Assembly (NCBI GenBank): GCA_963755265.1
Contig: CAVWKV010000101.1
Location: forward strand, 260-64,259
Length of the DNA stretch: 64,000 nt
Direction of reading: 5' to 3'
From: an uncultured Methanomassiliicoccales archaeon
GTDB lineage: Archaea; Thermoplasmatota; Thermoplasmata; Methanomassiliicoccales; UBA472
The notes beneath the pieces are model-generated. The model had not been told where the DNA came from. It saw only the letters and a list, made by a program, of their open reading frames with translations, and searched no databases. Below are positions 8,752 to 17,571 of the stretch, piece after piece. Within the stretch, counting starts at the first letter, position 1; each line of letters starts with the position of its first letter. The translations under genes were made by a program, and so were the position numbers.

Positions 8752-9415
8752 CTATGGTTCTTTTTGACATTTTATCATTATGAATCTAAATGGAGGTACG
8801 TTTTCCTTATTCTTATGCGGCTCATCAATTTCCGAAAATTCTATCAGCCCAAATCTTCCAAATTCTTGTTTTATCGAGTCAGAATCATAAAAAAAATATT
8901 CTTACTCCCTCGTTCTCGAAATAGTCCTTACCCAATTGCTTTCCCTTACCAAACATGGGGGCTTTTTTTGAAATGGAAGTGAAGATCATATATCCATTTG
9001 GCTTCAACTGATTATAGCAATTTTCAATGAACTTATCCCTCTCCTGTTTATTCAACAGGTGAATAAGTCCATGACAAAAAATACCGTCATAAAGCGTGTC
9101 ATCAAAAGGCATTTCGTTTACTGAACCATGAAAAATACTGATATTGAGCCCATTTTGCCTTGCCAGATCAATTGCTGTCTTTGAAATCCCGATACCGGTT
9201 ACGTTTATTCCGCTGTCAATAAAAACCTTAGCGTTTCTACCGTATCCAATACCCGGTATCAGTATGTCCTTAACTTTCTTTTCAAGAAAAAAATCCTTTG
9301 TCAAGATTGCCGAGTCTGAGGGTTCAGATCCCCACATCATTTGGTTTTTTATAAAACTTGACTCCCAGAATTCTGTCATGCCTCTGTCTCCTTCTTGTCT
9401 TATTATCGATTGCAC
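8752..9415 (-). pseudogene. Class I SAM-dependent methyltransferase, frame broken in an A8/T8 run
   Basis: ORF 8885-9415 carries motif I VKDILIPGIGYGRNA and the post-I/II pattern. It stops right after the homopolymer at 8889-8896. Removing one base extends it by YDSDSIKQEFGRFGLIEFSEIDEPHKNKENVPPFRFIMIKCQKEP to a TAG at 8752-8754. The likely true start is MTEFWESSF (9379). Confidence 0.6.
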
Positions 9416-9590
9416 TCTCTTTGCTTCGTATCATTTGTAAATGTTATGGTTCTGTTTGATCTCGTCCTGCTCAATGGGTAACGAGCTGGTACCATCTAGT
9501 CCCATGAGAGTGGCCGAGCCTCGAAACTCGATTCCAAATCGAATCAGCCCGAAGGCAACTTTGATAGCAATCCAGTAGGTTCAAAAGTGG

Positions 9591-9677
9591 TGGTGGAGGA
9601 GAAGGGATTTGAACCCTTGGACCGCTAGGGACTAGACCCTGAATCTAGCGCCGTTGGCCAAGCTTGGCTACCCCTCC
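9591..9677 (-). tRNA. tRNA-Leu (anticodon CAG), class II with long variable arm, CCA encoded
   Basis: Reverse complement: GGAGGGG-TA-GCC-AAGCTTGGCCAAC-GGC-G-CTAGA-TTCAGGG-TCTAG-TCCCTAGCGGTCC-AAGGG-TTCAAAT-CCCTT-CTCCTCC-A-CCA. The acceptor has 7 bp with one G-U. U33 and G37 flank the CAG anticodon. Confidence 0.9.
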
Positions 9678-9765
9678 AATGTTGGAATTTACCGAACGAG
9701 GTCTTTGTACAAATAGCTTATTGAGGGTCCAAAAAGGACCTCGCCCTTTTTCGATAACATCAACG

Positions 9766-9775
9766 GACTATATGG
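9766..9775 (+). promoter_or_regulatory. TATA-like element upstream of ppk1
   Basis: ACTATATG sits about 43 nt upstream of ATG 9814, and a purine-rich AAGGGG lies 5-10 nt before that ATG. The in-frame ATG at 9772 falls inside this element, which argues for 9814 as the start. Confidence 0.35.
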
Positions 9776-9813
9776 ACAAGATAAATACGCATTGGTTGCC
9801 TTTAAGGGGCGAG

Positions 9814-11967
9814 ATGAAAGAAAGACCAAAGAAGTCGCAGAAGAAGAAAGTGGTTATCGATCTGAAGGGTTCTCTCAAGAAAGGAGCCGAGAACTCTCTT
9901 GACGACCCCCGTCTATTCATCAATCGGGAGATCAGCTGGGTGAGGTTCAATACTCGCGTGCTTGAGGAAGCGAAGGACGAATCCCATCCGTTGCTGGAGA
10001 GGGTGAAGTTCCTAGCCATATGCGGAAGCAACCTGGACGAGTTCTTCATGATCCGTGTATCCGGGCTAAAGCGTCAATTGAACAAGGGAGCCTTGGAACC
10101 GCCACCGGACGGGATGACCCCACTTGAACAGCTCCTGGTCTTGCGCGAGGAACTAAAGCCTCAGTTGGATGACCACCTTAAGTGTTGGCAGGACGACATA
10201 TTGCCCAAGTTGAAGTTGAACGGCATTTGTATCCATCGGATGGATGAACTTACGATGGATGAACGCGCTCAGCTGAGAGAACACTTCGAAAAGGTCATCT
10301 TCCCCACCCTAACGCCGTTGGCGCTGGATTTTGTGCATCCATTCCCCTTCATATCCAACTTATCGATAAATCTCGCAGTGGTGGTGCGGGACACGGACGG
10401 TCAAGAGAAGTATGCCCGGGTAAAGGTCCCGAACGGGTTGTTCCCCCGCCTTGTCGAGTTCGAGGATGACACCGACCGGTCCGGAAAAGAAGACCACTTC
10501 GTGTTCCTGGAGGACCTAGTTGCGTCAAACCTTGATCTACTGTTCCCAGGCATGAAAGTGGAAACTTCGTATGCTTTCCGCATCACTAGGGATGCTGATA
10601 TCGAGATCGAGCTGGACGAAGCCGAGGATCTTCTAACGGCGGTAGAGGAAGGAGTGGAGAACCGCAGAGTGGGCGCACCTACCCGGCTGGAGGTCGATAG
10701 TACGATGCCGGTCCATCTGCGCGACCTGTTTGCTAGCAAGCTCGGACTTGCGCCATACCTGGTTTATCAGACCCCACCGCCCCTCGGTTTCGTAGACCTA
10801 TGGCAGCTGTGGAGCCTTCCCCGTCAGGACCTGAAGGACATCCCTTTCCTACCGTACGTGCCGCCGGCGCTACAGAATGAGAAAAAGATCTTCGCTGCGA
10901 TCAAGGAACAGGACTACATGCTCTACCATCCGTACGACTCGTTCGTGCCGGTGGTCAACCTGCTAAAGGAGGCGGCGGTGGACCCAGAGGTACTGGCTAT
11001 CAAGATAACGCTCTATCGCGTGGACAAGCACTCCCCCATCATCGAGGCGTTGATGGACGCCCGTGACAACGGCAAGGCGGTGGCGGCGACGGTGGAGCTC
11101 AAGGCCCGGTTCGACGAGGAGAACAACATCGAATGGGCCCGGGCGTTGGAGACAAAGGGCGTTCACGTGGTCTACGGACTGGCGGACCTCAAGGTGCACG
11201 CCAAGCTGTGCCTGATCATACGCAAGGAGAAGAGCGGCATCGTGCGCTATTCGCACATTAGTTCGGGCAATTACAACACCAACACAGCCCGGGTCTACGG
11301 GGACATCGGTTACCTGACATCGGACCAGGAGATTGGTTCGGACGTCTCGGATCTTTTCAATTCATTGACCGGCTACTCGCAGAAGGTGGATTACCGTAAA
11401 TTACTGGTCTCTCCAGTGTCCATGCGCCGGGAGATCGTCAGGCGCATTGATCGGGAGATCGAGCGGCACAAAGACAAGGGGAACGGTTACATCGGATGGA
11501 AACTGAACGCATTAGTGGACAAAGAGATCATCCAGGCGCTTTACCGGGCCTCGATGGAAGGGGTTAAGATCGATCTCAACGTCAGGGGCCATTGCTGTCT
11601 CCGCCCGGGAATAAAAGGCATCAGTGACAACATTCGCGTCACCTCCATCCTTGGGCGTTTCCTGGAGCATTCCCGCATTTACTATTTCCGTAACGGAGGC
11701 GAAGAGGAGGTCCTGCTAGGCTCTTCCGACATGATGCCGAGAAACCTTCAGAAGCGCGTTGAAGTGCTGTTCCCGGTAGGCGATAAGAAACTGAGGAATG
11801 CTCTCGTTAAGGACATTCTGGAAGTGCATCTGGCAGATAACGTCAAGGCCCGAATTCTGAGACCCGACGGTTCATACCAAAGGGTTCAACCGAAGCACGG
11901 GGAGAAGAAGATGAACTCGCAGCTTTGGATGATCAAGCATCGGGGTAAATGGCATGACAGATCCTAA
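9814..11967 (+). CDS. ppk1: Polyphosphate kinase 1
   Basis: Motifs: NREISWVRFNTRVLEEA, VKFLAICGSNLDEFFMIRVSGLK, PLD-like HAKLCLI and LEHSRIYYF, GSSDMMPRNL. The listed ORF start at 9664 overlaps tRNA-Leu, so I chose the internal ATG at 9814. Confidence 0.9.
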   Translation: MKERPKKSQKKKVVIDLKGSLKKGAENSLDDPRLFINREISWVRFNTRVLEEAKDESHPLLERVKFLAICGSNLDEFFMIRVSGLKRQLNKGALEPPPDGMTPLEQLLVLREELKPQLDDHLKCWQDDILPKLKLNGICIHRMDELTMDERAQLREHFEKVIFPTLTPLALDFVHPFPFISNLSINLAVVVRDTDGQEKYARVKVPNGLFPRLVEFEDDTDRSGKEDHFVFLEDLVASNLDLLFPGMKVETSYAFRITRDADIEIELDEAEDLLTAVEEGVENRRVGAPTRLEVDSTMPVHLRDLFASKLGLAPYLVYQTPPPLGFVDLWQLWSLPRQDLKDIPFLPYVPPALQNEKKIFAAIKEQDYMLYHPYDSFVPVVNLLKEAAVDPEVLAIKITLYRVDKHSPIIEALMDARDNGKAVAATVELKARFDEENNIEWARALETKGVHVVYGLADLKVHAKLCLIIRKEKSGIVRYSHISSGNYNTNTARVYGDIGYLTSDQEIGSDVSDLFNSLTGYSQKVDYRKLLVSPVSMRREIVRRIDREIERHKDKGNGYIGWKLNALVDKEIIQALYRASMEGVKIDLNVRGHCCLRPGIKGISDNIRVTSILGRFLEHSRIYYFRNGGEEEVLLGSSDMMPRNLQKRVEVLFPVGDKKLRNALVKDILEVHLADNVKARILRPDGSYQRVQPKHGEKKMNSQLWMIKHRGKWHDRS

Positions 11968-13471
11968 GACCGAGCTGTTCTCGACGACCTATGACATGGA
12001 GCATTACCGAGAGTACGGGGCAGAGCACCTGCTCGGTTCGCTGGACTCATTGACTTCCGAGATCAAAGGGGTAAAGGGCGAGGACGATATCGAGTTCGTG
12101 CATCGGATGAGGGTTGCTTCAAGGAGGTTGAGGTCGGCCCTGGTCCTGTTTGGCGAGTGCTTTGATGCGGAGGATGTCAGGAATTGGAATCGGGCGATCC
12201 GTTCCGTGACCCGGGACCTCGGTGAGGCCAGGGACCTTGATGTTCAGATAGCATTCCTTAAGGGGTTTATCGATTCGCATGAAAACCTTCCCTCGTTGAC
12301 GGAACTGCACACAGAACTGGCGAAACGAAGGGCGGAAGCGCAGCCCCGCATAATCTCCGGTCTTGAAAAACTAGAGAAGAAAGGAACCCTGGAGGAAATG
12401 AGAAGGACGTATGAGGAGGTCCATAACGCACCGCGCTGCGCCGTGCCCTATGGGACGCTGGAACAAGCGTTCCATCATATCTCGGCAAGGTTGGACGACC
12501 TGCTCTCGCTAGAGGATTGTGTCCACCAACCTGATGCAAAGGAGCAGCAACACCGAATGAGGATCGCGGCCAAGCGTCTGCGCTACACAATGGAGGCCTT
12601 CGAGAAGTTATATGGGGGGGCACTCCAGGACCGGATCGCGATTGTCAAGGACTTGCAAGACAGACTTGGTGAACTGCATGATTGCGATGTATGGATCGAT
12701 ATGATGCAGGAGAAAGGCACTGTCGATCCCGGGCTCAACGCATTGCTGCACGACAGGATGGATGTGCGCATCGCCGGTTATGGCGAGTTCGTCAAGACCT
12801 GGGAGGCGCTCATCGAAGATGATTTCTTCACCGACTTGCTGAACTCCATCGTGCCGGATGCTAACCTGACCATGCCACAGTTGAGCGGATTGACCAAACT
12901 GGAAAGGGTCAAGGCCATCGCCAGGGCCTGCGGTATGGACGAGGAGCATTCTCTTCATGTTGCCAAACTGTCACTGATGTTGTTCGATGGTCTTCTGTCC
13001 CTTCATCATTTAGATGATGCAGAAAGGGATCTGCTCGAGTATGCTGCCGTACTTCATGACATCGGATGGAAGGAGGGTCAGAAGGGACATCACATTACAT
13101 CACTCCATATGATCCTAGCGGAGGACCAACTGCCGTTCGCGGGAAGGGAGAGGGCGATCGTGGCCAATGTGGCCAGGTATCACCGCGGAAGGGTGCCGAA
13201 CGAAGGACACGACGCCTACATTGCACTGAAGCCTGAGGATCGGAAGATCGTCGACCGCCTTGCCTCTATCGTCAGAGTGGCCGACGCCCTGGACGTCTCG
13301 CATGCGTCCGTTGTCCAATCAGCCGAGTGCCATGTCAAGAAAGGCAGCGTGATCCTCCTTCTGGGAACGACCGAATACCCTGACCGTGAACTGGAGAAGG
13401 CCCGGGAAAAGAAGGACCTTTTCGAGAAGACATTCAAGAGGACCCTTGCGTTTGAGTGGGAGTTAGCATGA
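11954..13471 (+). CDS. CHAD-domain protein fused to a PPX-C-terminal-like HD domain
   Basis: 505 aa. Two CHAD helical repeats carry HRMRVASRRLRSAL and HRMRIAAKRLRYTM. The C-terminal 190 aa or so (LEYAAVLHDIGW, ANVARYHRG, VRVADALDVSH) parallels the C-terminus of the next gene. Overlaps ppk1 by 14 nt. Confidence 0.8.
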   Translation: MTDPKTELFSTTYDMEHYREYGAEHLLGSLDSLTSEIKGVKGEDDIEFVHRMRVASRRLRSALVLFGECFDAEDVRNWNRAIRSVTRDLGEARDLDVQIAFLKGFIDSHENLPSLTELHTELAKRRAEAQPRIISGLEKLEKKGTLEEMRRTYEEVHNAPRCAVPYGTLEQAFHHISARLDDLLSLEDCVHQPDAKEQQHRMRIAAKRLRYTMEAFEKLYGGALQDRIAIVKDLQDRLGELHDCDVWIDMMQEKGTVDPGLNALLHDRMDVRIAGYGEFVKTWEALIEDDFFTDLLNSIVPDANLTMPQLSGLTKLERVKAIARACGMDEEHSLHVAKLSLMLFDGLLSLHHLDDAERDLLEYAAVLHDIGWKEGQKGHHITSLHMILAEDQLPFAGRERAIVANVARYHRGRVPNEGHDAYIALKPEDRKIVDRLASIVRVADALDVSHASVVQSAECHVKKGSVILLLGTTEYPDRELEKAREKKDLFEKTFKRTLAFEWELA

Positions 13472-15018
13472 ACGGGCCAAAGGTAGTGGGTTTCATAGAC
13501 ATCGGCACCAACTCAGTTCGATTGCTGGTCGTCAGGATTAACCCCAACAGATCATATACAGTCCTCAGCCAGGAGAAGGAAGTCGTTCGGCTTGGTGATG
13601 GCGAGTTCCGAGACCAGATGCTTACGCCGGAGGCAATATTCCGGGGAGTAACGGTGGTCAAGAAGTTCGCCGAGCTTTCACGCGCCTACGGAGCAGAGGA
13701 GATCATCGCGGTGGCCACATCGGCTGCCCGAGAAGCAAAGAATCAGATTGATCTATTGAACCGCCTCCGCGTAGAGGCCAGGATCGACGTGTCGGTCATC
13801 TCCGGAAAGGAGGAAGCAAGGCTCATCTACCTCGGAGTGGCGAGCGGCGTACACCTCAAGGACCGCAAGGCACTCTTCATCGACATCGGCGGAGGAAGCA
13901 CCGAGATTATCATCGGGGACCAGGAGAACTACTCATATCTGGATAGCTTAAAATTGGGGGCGATTCGGCTCACAAACCTGTTCTTGCCCGAAGGGGCCAA
14001 AACGCCAGTGCCTGCAGAGGTCTACAACAAGATGCGTAAGTACGTCAGGAATGCCATCATCAGAACCACCCACCGGGTAAAAGAGGAAAAACTGGGCATT
14101 TCCGTCGCCTCTTCTGGAACGGCGATCAACCTGGCCGAGATATCGAACAGATTGACCGGCAATGGTGATACCAGGAACATGATACTGCGCCGTTCACAGC
14201 TCAAGAAAGTAATGGCGATGTTGTGCTCCCTTCCTCTGGAGGAGAGGAGAAAGGTACCGGGGATCAACCCGGAAAGGGCGGACATTATCATTGGAGGCGG
14301 GGCCATCCTGGAAACCCTGATGGACGAGTTCGGTTTGGAGGAGGTCACCGTCAGCGAGCGGGGCCTCAGGGATGGTCTTTTAGCCGAATACCTGGCCGAG
14401 GGAGGGGGCCAGGAATACAAGGAATTGTCCGTTAGGGAGAGGAGCGTACTGCAGCTGGGCCGCTCCTGCAACCTGGACGAGATGCATGCAGAACGCGTCA
14501 AGGGCTTGGCGCTATCGTTGTACGACAGCGGCTTCAGACAAGGCCTGCACAACCTCGGGGATTGGGAGAGGGAACTGCTCGGCTATGCAGCATTCCTGCA
14601 CGACATAGGCGATTTCATCTCCTTCAACAACCACCACCTGCATTCCCATTACATCATTCGGAACGCGGAGCTGCTCGGGTTCGATCAACGAGAAATCGTG
14701 ATAATGGCCGACCTAGCGCGGTTCCATCGCAAGAAGATCCCGAGAAAGAAGGACCCGGACCTGGAAGACCTGGACGAACATTCTCAGAAGGTCGTGATAC
14801 TGCTCTCGACGCTCCTCCGATTGGCGGAGAGCCTGGACCGAAGCCACACCGGACTGGTGAAGAAGGCCGAATTCGTCAACGTGCAGAAGACTTCTGCGGT
14901 CATTGCGATACATAGTAACGAGGACGCGCAACTAGAGGTTTGGGGTATTGAATCAGACGGAAAGGCGTTCGAGAAGGCGTTCGGGCGATCCCTCAGTTCG
15001 AACGTTATGACGGCCTGA
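13468..15018 (+). CDS. ppx: Exopolyphosphatase, Ppx/GppA family with C-terminal HD domain
   Basis: ASKHA motifs FIDIGTNSVRLLV and FIDIGGGSTEII. C-terminal FLHDIGDFISFNNHHLHSHY. The ATG at 13468 overlaps the upstream TGA (ATGA). Confidence 0.9.
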   Translation: MNGPKVVGFIDIGTNSVRLLVVRINPNRSYTVLSQEKEVVRLGDGEFRDQMLTPEAIFRGVTVVKKFAELSRAYGAEEIIAVATSAAREAKNQIDLLNRLRVEARIDVSVISGKEEARLIYLGVASGVHLKDRKALFIDIGGGSTEIIIGDQENYSYLDSLKLGAIRLTNLFLPEGAKTPVPAEVYNKMRKYVRNAIIRTTHRVKEEKLGISVASSGTAINLAEISNRLTGNGDTRNMILRRSQLKKVMAMLCSLPLEERRKVPGINPERADIIIGGGAILETLMDEFGLEEVTVSERGLRDGLLAEYLAEGGGQEYKELSVRERSVLQLGRSCNLDEMHAERVKGLALSLYDSGFRQGLHNLGDWERELLGYAAFLHDIGDFISFNNHHLHSHYIIRNAELLGFDQREIVIMADLARFHRKKIPRKKDPDLEDLDEHSQKVVILLSTLLRLAESLDRSHTGLVKKAEFVNVQKTSAVIAIHSNEDAQLEVWGIESDGKAFEKAFGRSLSSNVMTA

Positions 15019-15183
15019 AGGTCAGTGACAAGGGCATGGATTAGGTTCAACAAGACAACGATGGTTCTCCATATCTGATGCTTCCGAAATGGTGATCACA
15101 GGTGTCGATATGCTTCGGTCTTGGGCTTTAGACAGGACTGATGATCGTTCGATGGACCAGCAGGGGATGCTGGGCATTATTAA

Positions 15184-15675
15184 ATGAACGGAGAGGAATA
15201 TTGTTACGCTGTGACCCGAAATCAACCATCATCTCTTGACGAATATCGCGAAAAAAGGGATTTCTCCAAGACCGGCGAACCGCGGGGAGGGTCCGGGATG
15301 GAGCGAACCATCTTCGTTGTCCAGGAGCATCAGGCTTCACATCTGCATTACGATTTCAGATTATCGATGGACGGGGTTCTGAAGAGCTGGGCAGTTCCCA
15401 AAGGGATCCCGGAGGAGAAGGGGATAAAGCACTTGGCCGTGGAGACGGAGGATCATCCACTGGAATACGCAAGCTTCGAAGGAGAGATCCCCAAGGGGGA
15501 ATACGGCGGGGGTCAGGTTAAAATCTGGGACCGCGGCGAATATGTACTAGAGTACCGCGGCGGGGACAAAGTGGTTGTTGAGCTTAAGGGTACGAGACTG
15601 AAGGGTCGGTATTCGATAGTCAGGTTCAAAGGGCGAGAAAGTTCGCCAAAGAATTGGCTGATAATGAAGTTGTGA
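15184..15675 (+). CDS. Stand-alone LigD-type 3'-phosphoesterase (PE) domain protein
   Basis: 163 aa. EYREKRDFSKTGEP, FVVQEHQASHLHYDFRL, GVLKSWAVPKG, EDHPLEYASFEGEIPKGEYGGGQVKIWDRG: a near-complete match to the LigD PE signature including the His/Asp/Arg cluster. Confidence 0.85.
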   Translation: MNGEEYCYAVTRNQPSSLDEYREKRDFSKTGEPRGGSGMERTIFVVQEHQASHLHYDFRLSMDGVLKSWAVPKGIPEEKGIKHLAVETEDHPLEYASFEGEIPKGEYGGGQVKIWDRGEYVLEYRGGDKVVVELKGTRLKGRYSIVRFKGRESSPKNWLIMKL

Positions 15676-15742
15676 AATTCAAGAAGTTGTATAAAAACTA
15701 AGAAAGGAGTTTGGTCGTGTGTGAATGATGTGAGGGAAGACC

Positions 15743-15988
15743 TTACTTGGCCTTCTTCATTATCTTCATCCAGCCGCCGGACTCGTATACCGCAAGTCCC
15801 CTCTTGCCGAGCGTCTTCTCAAAGTCTTCCCAAGAGACGATCTCGAGGCGAGCGTTGCTTCCCTTTGTGAACTGAATCCCGTTCGTTCCCTTTACACGGC
15901 CCGGCTTGAGACCCTTTTTCTTAGCGATCTCTTTGGCCTTGTCAAGACTAATCTGCTCCATCACCATATGATATCCCTCCTTTGACAT
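15743..15988 (-). CDS. Hypothetical small basic protein
   Basis: 81 aa, lysine-rich, with coding-like codon usage. No family recognised. Confidence 0.5.
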   Translation of the reverse strand: MSKEGYHMVMEQISLDKAKEIAKKKGLKPGRVKGTNGIQFTKGSNARLEIVSWEDFEKTLGKRGLAVYESGGWMKIMKKAK

Positions 15989-16226
15989 TTGGCCGGATAC
16001 TGGCCAACTATCCAGTATGTAATGAACATGACCTATATATAAAATTTATCCCATAATGCTATGCTATCCCAGCGCTCATTTCCTTTATATCCCCCCCTGG
16101 AGAAAGTCCTTTGGGAGCCAGCATAAATGGGCGATCCGAGCGATGTGATAATAAGGCTCGCAGGTTACCATAATCGATACACTGGCATCGAAATAATAAT
16201 TGACCTGGCATATAGAGTCAGGTAAT

Positions 16227-16236
16227 GATATATAAA
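16227..16236 (+). promoter_or_regulatory. TATA-like element upstream of glmM
   Basis: GATATATAAA sits about 35 nt upstream of ATG 16267 in a 278-bp AT-rich spacer, implying a very short leader. Confidence 0.35.
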
Positions 16237-16266
16237 GGAAGAGTGATAGCCTGAGCACTGAAACTC

Positions 16267-17571
16267 ATGACACTTTTCGGTTCTTCAGGGATCCGCGGTC
16301 TGGTAGGCCAAGAGATCACGTCTAGCCTGGTGCTCAGCATCGGAATGGCCGTGGGTAACGAGTATGGCCGGATCGTGATTGGAAAGGACACCAGGACCAG
16401 CGGGGACATGATGGAGAGGGCACTTGCAGCTGGGGCTATGTCATCCGGCGCCGACGTCTACATGGCTGGAATGGCCTCTACTCCGACCTTGGCTCGAGCT
16501 GCCTTCGACTATGATTGCGGATTGATGATTACTGCCTCGCACAATCCCAAGGAGTACAATGGGGTGAAGATGTGGAACCCCGATGGGAGCGCATTCGGCA
16601 CGGACCAGATGGAACGGATTGAGCATCTGATATCCAAGAACGTATCAAGGATGCCTTCTTGGAAGGAGGTAGGCCGGGAATACGTTCACAGGAACGCGGT
16701 TAGGGATCACATCGATGACGTCATCAATTCTGTGGGCGGTTCTGATGTCTCGGTTGTAGTTGATTGCGCCTGCGGGGCCACATTCAACATCAGCCCCCTC
16801 ATGCTGAGGGAGATGGGGTGCAGCGTATTCTCATTGAACGCCCAGCCAGACGGTTACTTTCCAGGCCGTATGCCAGAACCTACAGAAGATCAGCTCAACG
16901 ACCTGATGAAGAACGTCATCGGCAGGGAGGCTAACCTGGGAATAGCTCACGATGGCGACGGGGATCGAATGGTGGCAGTCGATGAGAACGGACATTTCGT
17001 GGATGGGGACAAGCTTTTAGCCCTTTTCGCCTCGATGCTCGGAGCGACTGGCTTGGTTGCGCCGATCGATGCTTCCATGGTTCTTGATGATATGGTCAAG
17101 GGGAACGTTGTTCGCACCAAAGTCGGCGATGTATACGTGGCGGAGGCGTTGCGCAGGACCGGACTGCCATTCGGCGGCGAACCTTCCGGAACGTTCATCT
17201 TCCCCAAGGAGACCTTCTGCCCCGATGGTGTCTATGCGGCAGCCTTGCTTGCTAAGTACACAAGGGAACAGCGCTTGTCGGAGATGATTGACTCGCTGCC
17301 CTCATACCCAAGGGCCCGGGAGTCGTTCGTATTCCAGGCGGTGAACCGGGAGACGATCAACGGCAAAATGGCCCAGGAAATGGCGGGTGTCGACTGCAAT
17401 CGTCTCATTACTGTGGACGGCTTCCGCGCCGAGTTCGATGATGGATGGTACCTTATAAGGTTGTCAGGAACGGAGCCGAAGCTCCGGCTTTCGGCGGAGG
17501 CACGGAGCAAGGACGATCTGGACCGACTCATGGGCCAGGCCCGCGCCATTGTGAAGAGGTGCATGAGATGA
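16267..17571 (+). CDS. glmM: Phosphoglucosamine mutase / phosphohexomutase
   Basis: 434 aa. FGSSGIRG, active-site TASHNPKEYNGVK, metal loop GIAHDGDGDR, sugar loop GGEPSG. Translationally coupled (ATGA) to a GlmU-like gene, which favours the GlmM assignment. Confidence 0.75.
   Translation: MTLFGSSGIRGLVGQEITSSLVLSIGMAVGNEYGRIVIGKDTRTSGDMMERALAAGAMSSGADVYMAGMASTPTLARAAFDYDCGLMITASHNPKEYNGVKMWNPDGSAFGTDQMERIEHLISKNVSRMPSWKEVGREYVHRNAVRDHIDDVINSVGGSDVSVVVDCACGATFNISPLMLREMGCSVFSLNAQPDGYFPGRMPEPTEDQLNDLMKNVIGREANLGIAHDGDGDRMVAVDENGHFVDGDKLLALFASMLGATGLVAPIDASMVLDDMVKGNVVRTKVGDVYVAEALRRTGLPFGGEPSGTFIFPKETFCPDGVYAAALLAKYTREQRLSEMIDSLPSYPRARESFVFQAVNRETINGKMAQEMAGVDCNRLITVDGFRAEFDDGWYLIRLSGTEPKLRLSAEARSKDDLDRLMGQARAIVKRCMR

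Larger units (their letters stand above)
8682..9590. mobile_element. Putative relic of a tRNA-Leu-targeted integrated element (AT-rich islet bounded by direct repeats of the tRNA 3' end)
   Basis: Direct repeats at 8682-8713 and 9588-9620. The interior is AT-rich: a hand count of 8881-8940 gives 20/60 G+C, versus 33/60 at 9901-9960. The only cargo is a frameshifted methyltransferase gene. No integrase is present. Confidence 0.4.

Noticed and set aside
8671-8982. 103-aa plus-strand ORF across the islet edge
   Set aside because: It starts on TTG inside the tRNA fragment (MIENGGGGKGFEPLEYW is simply the T-arm translated). It runs antisense to the better-supported methyltransferase tail.
9664-9813. 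N-terminal 50-codon extension of ppk1 given by the ORF track
   Set aside because: The TTG start lies inside tRNA-Leu (9591-9677), and the extension contains the TATA-like element. PPK1 homology begins after ATG 9814.
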